Below, piece by piece: positions 58,662 through 64,000 of a DNA stretch of 64,000 nucleotides. A program made the translations under genes and the position numbers. The stretch's first letter is position 1. Each line of letters starts with the position of its first letter. The notes under the pieces are model-generated. The model saw nothing but the letters and a program-made list of their open reading frames with translations, was not told the DNA's origin and searched no databases. Source of the stretch: Lepidodermella squamata (lineage: Eukaryota; Animalia; Gastrotricha); contig JBLDXI010000054.1 in assembly GCA_047495785.1 (NCBI GenBank), forward strand, positions 248,001 through 312,000. Reading direction: 5' to 3'.

Positions 58662-59040
58662 ATGTTCAGCGCCTGGGACGCCATTTTGTTTCAAGGCATT
58701 TACACCGCGTCAATTGAATCACCCTATTTCAGTTTTCAGGTCATCGATCATCGCTGCCAGCTGAACCAGTCGTGCGATGAGACACTAGGAACTGAATTTC
58801 GCTTGAAGAGAAAGATTGAAACCACTCCCGTTATTATCGATTCATCATCGCTTGAAAAGGGGCGGGGTTTGAACTACCCGGTCCGCCCGGTGGTGCGGGC
58901 CCTACCCCACCAAACCCAGGCGGACAAGACCCCCGCCCATTTACGCGGTGTCACTTGAATTTCAATTTAATTTAATTCGAGTTATCAGGTCATATTCACC
59001 TGGCCGGCTGCCCGGGCTAGTATCGGTATTTCTTACTACT
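58662..59040 (-). repeat. Right TIR
   Basis: Inverted copy of 40325-40703. Confidence 0.97.
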
Positions 59041-59046
59041 TCTAAC

Positions 59047-60637
59047 AGCCGCTTTGGACAACGTGTTTGTCAGTTGCTGGCTGCACCGGTTTGGTTTGTA
59101 TGGTCCTCATTTCGTCATTATTTTCGGAAGCTGGAACACGTTCGATGAAAACTCCACTATACCAGAAGAACTAAGTTGGTGTGACAGAACGTCGCTAATT
59201 GAAATTCTGAAAAGCTCTATAGTTTACGTTGATGGACCTCTGGAAAATGTTTACGGGGTAAATTCGACCCAGGATCTCACGGGTTACACTGCATCGGATT
59301 TTGAGATTGAGCTAATGTCTCGAATCGAAGACTATCAACGTTCTCCCATGCCTTATATTTTTTATGAGCGAATCATTTTCATGGGGCTCATTCTAAATCA
59401 TACAGAAGCTATTCTCAATAAGAAAGGCCAAACTCTATCTGATTGGACTACAAACCAAGCTTTGTTCCGGCAAAATGGCTCGGAAATCGTTTCTGTAATG
59501 AAAGAGGCTATAATGCAAACTGAATTCACCGGCTTGAAAGGAATCTACAGATTTGATCCTCGTACTATGATGTCAACAGGAGGTCAGCCAGTAGGATTCT
59601 CTCAGATTCGATTCGAGAATAACCAATCCGTTCAATGCGTTGGGGCCAACTATCTATCATGGTTGAATGATTCTATTGCTATGAAAGCTGACTGTCCCTT
59701 CGTATGGCTGACCAAATCGAAACTTCCCCCAAGGGGGGAAATATTTGTAATTGAAGTTAAGGAATCCCTTTTGACCAGAGAGGCTGATATAGTTCTGAAG
59801 TCAATCGCCGGCCTCCTCGTTTCGATCAATATAGGTAGTATGGCTGCGAATCTAGGGCATAAAATCAGGACAATGGGTATCTTTGGGAATATCCTCATGG
59901 CCAGTCACGCTTTCCTAATACCTTCAAGCTGGTCGACGGACATTGGAAAATACTTCTCAGCCATGATTTTTCTTGTAATTTCAGGATTTTCAACAATATG
60001 GATAGCATATTTGTTTGACCTGGAAAGTCTTCAAGTTAAAATCCGGGCTCTCAGCTTGACAACATTTGGCGTTCAATATTTTGACCTCCGACTGTTAAAG
60101 GTTGATTACCATTCGTTTGTGCAAAGACTGACCTCAAAACACATTTCCATGGCCTTTATTTTCTCATCAGCTTGGGCGGTTTTTACAGCTATCCTTCTGA
60201 TTTTAAATCCAATATCGAAACTAGACGTTCTAGCTCACATTGACTATTTATCGGATGACGATGTCTTGAAGCGAATCATACGAAACGAAGCCTCAGTTCT
60301 CGATTCTCTCACAGCTTCGATCAGTGGAAAAGTTTTGCTGACGCTCATCTTCGTCCCATTGCTGCTGATTGTTGTCAGGTCGCTATTTTTGGCTAAGCAA
60401 AGAGGGCGCTATGCCAATAAGCCGGTTGCCATCAGTATTATAGCTTCTGCGAGCGTGGTTGTCGCCGGAATTTTGGTTGGCATAACCAGGGCTGGTAACG
60501 GTCGAAGTCTCATGTTAACATTGTCCATAGTTCTGTTATGCCTGGCCTCAATTACCACTGTTGCTTTCGTTGCTGGATTGCCGCGCAAGAAGCTACGCAA
60601 GCTTAAATATAGGTTGTCAATGATTGTCCCGAAGTAA
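59047..60637 (+). pseudogene. Class C GPCR copy 5, 3' part
   Basis: Removing the element and one TSD restores ARIILTAALDNVFVSCW; open to the stop codon. Confidence 0.88.
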
Positions 60638-61201
60638 TAAGTCCTCAAAAAAGTCTTTGACGATTTGGCGGGCTAAAACTTTAGGTTCGATTACAAGTAA
60701 AATTAATGATAACGGATAAATTAGATGATTCAACGCTTTTATCGCAACCTTGAAAATCGATAATTCAGGCTTTCATTATAGCAAATAGCAACACACATTA
60801 AAATGTGGATATCACGCTCCAATTAGCCCAAAATGCCCACGATCACGGACTACAGTTTTTAATGCGTCAATGTAATTGAAAGTGCATTCGATAATTCGAA
60901 CAATTACCGGCTACAACGGTAACGTAGATGGAAACCTCTGTGAAAATCGCTCAGCAATTATAGAGCTATTTGTCCGTCCCAATATATGATTTAGCCAGAA
61001 TTGGTTTCGAAGCAGTTAACAAGAAATATTCAATAAAGCGGCATCAATTAAAAACGCTGGCTAGCCACTCACTGCGCAGCAGTTTTTGAATATTAATTGC
61101 CCGCTTAAACAACAACCGTGCGGACTTGCTTAGGGAAAGCTGAATAATCTATAATCAGTAACGCAAAAAAGGCAAGCACGCCAACCATCGCGATTTTCGA
61201 T

Positions 61202-63628
61202 ATGCTGTTCCACTTGATCGCCCTGTTCCCCTTAACCTTAGAAACCATGGCAGCTACCTCGGATCCAGCTCCAAATACCGTTCTGATGAGCCTGCCGTCG
61301 TTCTACAACGCTTCATACCTCTCAGGGCTATCATTTGACACTGTCAATTCAAGTGTGACAGCTAACACAGGCGGAATTTCGACCTCCTCAGGGGTGTCGT
61401 TAAATCTGGGCTCTGGTTATCAGCTGACAGCTATGAGCCTCCTCGGTAATGGGTTGAATCTTGGAGGGCTACTCTACTGCTCCGGAACGCTTAGTTTAAA
61501 TCAAGCCGTTCCGGCTGACGTAGCCGAGTTTCGAATAGAATATGACGTCGTGTCCAACTATGATACAACCGCAACCAATGCTTGGCTTGGCGTTTTCTTG
61601 TCGACTACTACGGTTGGATTTGGTAGGTATAACTCCGCATCAGAAGACATAAACTCCTACATTATTTACATAGGAAATCAAGTCTCTGGCTGCAATATCG
61701 GCTTCACTTCTATGAAAGGTTTAGCAATCTTTCAACGAATACAACCAGGCTCTGTGGCTTATGTTACCTCGGTTCCAGGCGGAATGGCTTCTTCTCCGAG
61801 TGTTAACATACCCGGAACACCTGCAGCCACATCAAGTGCCGCTTGTGGTGCAAACGTATTCACTGGGACCAGTTCGAGCTTTAAAATGGTTGTACAATTC
61901 TACAACGATGTGATTTCGGTAGAGCGGAATTCACCACTGAAAGGAACAAGTATCATAATTTTCCTTTCCTAGGCTGCAATATCTCCAAGTGGTGTTAATG
62001 CTCCTGGTACTTGCTTCAGCGACGTATATGTCCCAGGCTTGCGGGCTTTGATCGCCACTGGGAACATGAGGGTTAGCATCACAGCCCTTGGGAGCGCTGA
62101 CGGCGATGTTTTGCTAAACAAGTTCTACCTGTTCAAGATCGGATGCGGGTCCAGTGGTTGTTACACAACATCATCACCTTCATCGGCTACATCTTCGATA
62201 AGTAGCTCAACAACCCTAACAACAGAAGTTTCGGCAACCACGAGCTTAGCTGATAGTTTAACTTCACCAGTCACTTCAACAGGGAATCCTATAGCGAGTG
62301 AGACATCGGCATTTGAATTATCATCGACCACCTCAGAATCCACGAGTACCAGTCTCGATAGTCCAACTGTTGACTCTACTTGGCTCAGTTCAGAATTGTC
62401 AGGCCTTTCAACGTCCTCTGCCACAGCAACAACTCCATTGGGACAAAGTAGTTCGGGAACCCCTCAGATCTACAGCCTTTCTACAACCGCTGACCAAATT
62501 GAGGGATACAGCGAGAACTCATGGTTCACAATGCCAGAGGTGATCAACGGGAACATTTACCCGTTAGTAAATTTCGAAGACCTCCTCCCGTGCACCTACA
62601 TCAACCCGAATGTCATGGCCCCTGCTCCTGAAACTGAAATATACGCGACCTTCAGCACGGAAAAATTGATCGGCATAGACGTGATGAAGCAGCAACTGTC
62701 GCTTCTCGCCTCTCTCCGCTTGCAATGGGTCGTTCGTACCTGCGATTGCAACTCGACGGCTCCTCATGCCGGCGATGAAGAACGCGTGTTCACAGCCGAT
62801 GGTAAACGAGTTTGGAGGCCGAGTTTGATATCACCCAACAGCTCAGACGACATTTTCCTTTCAAGTCTCGACTACTCAGACAGGACAGATATTGTCTACA
62901 TACCAACTCGACCGAATCGAACTCTTTATTTTCACTGGGTCCGATTCGGTGTTATTCAAAGTCACTGCGAACTGGATCTGCATAAATTCCCTTTCGATTC
63001 TCAGATTTGTGACTTCGTCTTCTTGATGGAACAGCCTCCTGAATTTCAAAAATTTGCCTCGCTAATCTTGAACGGCCGTGAGAACCTGAAAAGCGATATG
63101 TGGTGGGTTTCCCATGCACATTCAGAGCTTGGACTCACATCGTCTGTGATGCGGCAGAACAAATCATCAAGCTACATCGCTATCAAGCTTCGATTAGATC
63201 GAAACCCGACTTATTACCTTGTGAATATGTTGCCGCCTTGTCTCATAATAATGGCTCTTGTCTACGCATCTTTCATTCTACCACCTGATGACCCAAATCG
63301 AACAGCGTTCAGCGCAACCATTCTACTTTCGCTAACGGTCGCTCAGTCCACTGCGGCTGCAAGTGTCCCAAAAACCTCAGAGCCGATTCTGCTAGGGCAG
63401 TACATCTTCCTGCTAACTTGCATTACAGGTCTGATAACAATTTACGACTGCTGTGTATTAGCTTGGTCTCAAGCCGACGAAATTGCGTCACAAATAGTTA
63501 CTGAACCTTTTCTCCGCATTGTGCGAGGCATTAGGATGGTGAGAGCTATGGACCTGTCTACCCTTCTGCTTTCGATATCGCTGTTCCTAGCAACTAATTT
63601 GTACGCTTATTTCGTCATAATTTGCTAA
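61202..63628 (+). CDS. Cys-loop channel with an extra N-terminal domain and Ser/Thr stalk (exons 61202-61918, 61973-63628; ~790 aa)
   Basis: A 54-nt phase-0 intron joins the two ORFs; WRP, Cys-loop CELDLHKFPFDSQIC, RNPTYY, M1-M4. Confidence 0.8.
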
Positions 63629-64000
63629 TTGATAATAAACAGGTAGTTTGGAGTATTTTTCCAGATAATTGGACAATAAAATGGACTGAGTAATATTTAG
63701 TTATTGTAATATGCTTTTAAAAAACTCGGAGCAATGCAAGCAATGCAAGCCAGGTTCAACACAGCAGACTGAACTCGATTTATAATTCAGGCCCATGGAG
63801 ATTCCCAATTACCAGTCCTTATTTCCACCCAGCTAACTTCTGAATTGCGCGTTCATAATTGTCCATACTTATAGACTTACAAATTTATTCCAACTGGGAA
63901 CTGGATAGGATAATCAATACAATCGGTACAGAAGTCCATGTCTTTCAATATCTATGCTAAACGCGAATCGATGTGCGTTTTATGAACCCGTAACTACGAA

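Larger units (their letters stand above)
40325..59040. mobile_element. Complete Polinton/Maverick endogenous virus (18,716 bp)
   Basis: AGTAGT...ACTACT termini; 379-bp TIRs; 6-bp TSD TCTAAC (40319-40324, 59041-59046); pPolB, integrase, ATPase, major and minor capsid proteins, protease. Confidence 0.98.

Noticed and set aside
17534-59898. Recurrent ~82-aa antisense ORFs in the GPCR copies
   Set aside because: Shadow ORFs conserved only because the sense genes are paralogous.

Overview
This is eukaryotic (invertebrate metazoan) genomic DNA with short ~50-60 nt GT-AG introns; the species cannot be identified from the sequence. The host part holds the last exon of an atypical Rho-like GTPase, a galaxin-like gene, MRH-like repeat genes, tRNA-Leu(TAG), an intact MULE transposon (5422-7803), three divergent Cys-loop ion channel genes, an ankyrin gene, an NmrA-like gene and a tandem array of five GABA-B-like class C GPCRs. 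The main feature is a complete 18.7-kb Polinton/Maverick (40325-59040; 379-bp TIRs, AGTAGT termini, TCTAAC target duplication) inserted in the fifth GPCR copy. Besides the full virion and replication gene set, it shows four unusual traits. (1) A TCTA motif lies 11-14 nt upstream of nine rightward genes, like the CroV/mavirus late promoter, and the element encodes its own VLTF3-like factor. (2) The protease has no ATG and sits in the -1 frame behind an A_AAA_AAC slippery site. (3) A highly structured, tRNA-headed Pol III-type ncRNA cluster is present. (4) Two intron-containing Ly6/three-finger cargo genes are present. All family calls come from motif recognition by eye; no database searches were run.
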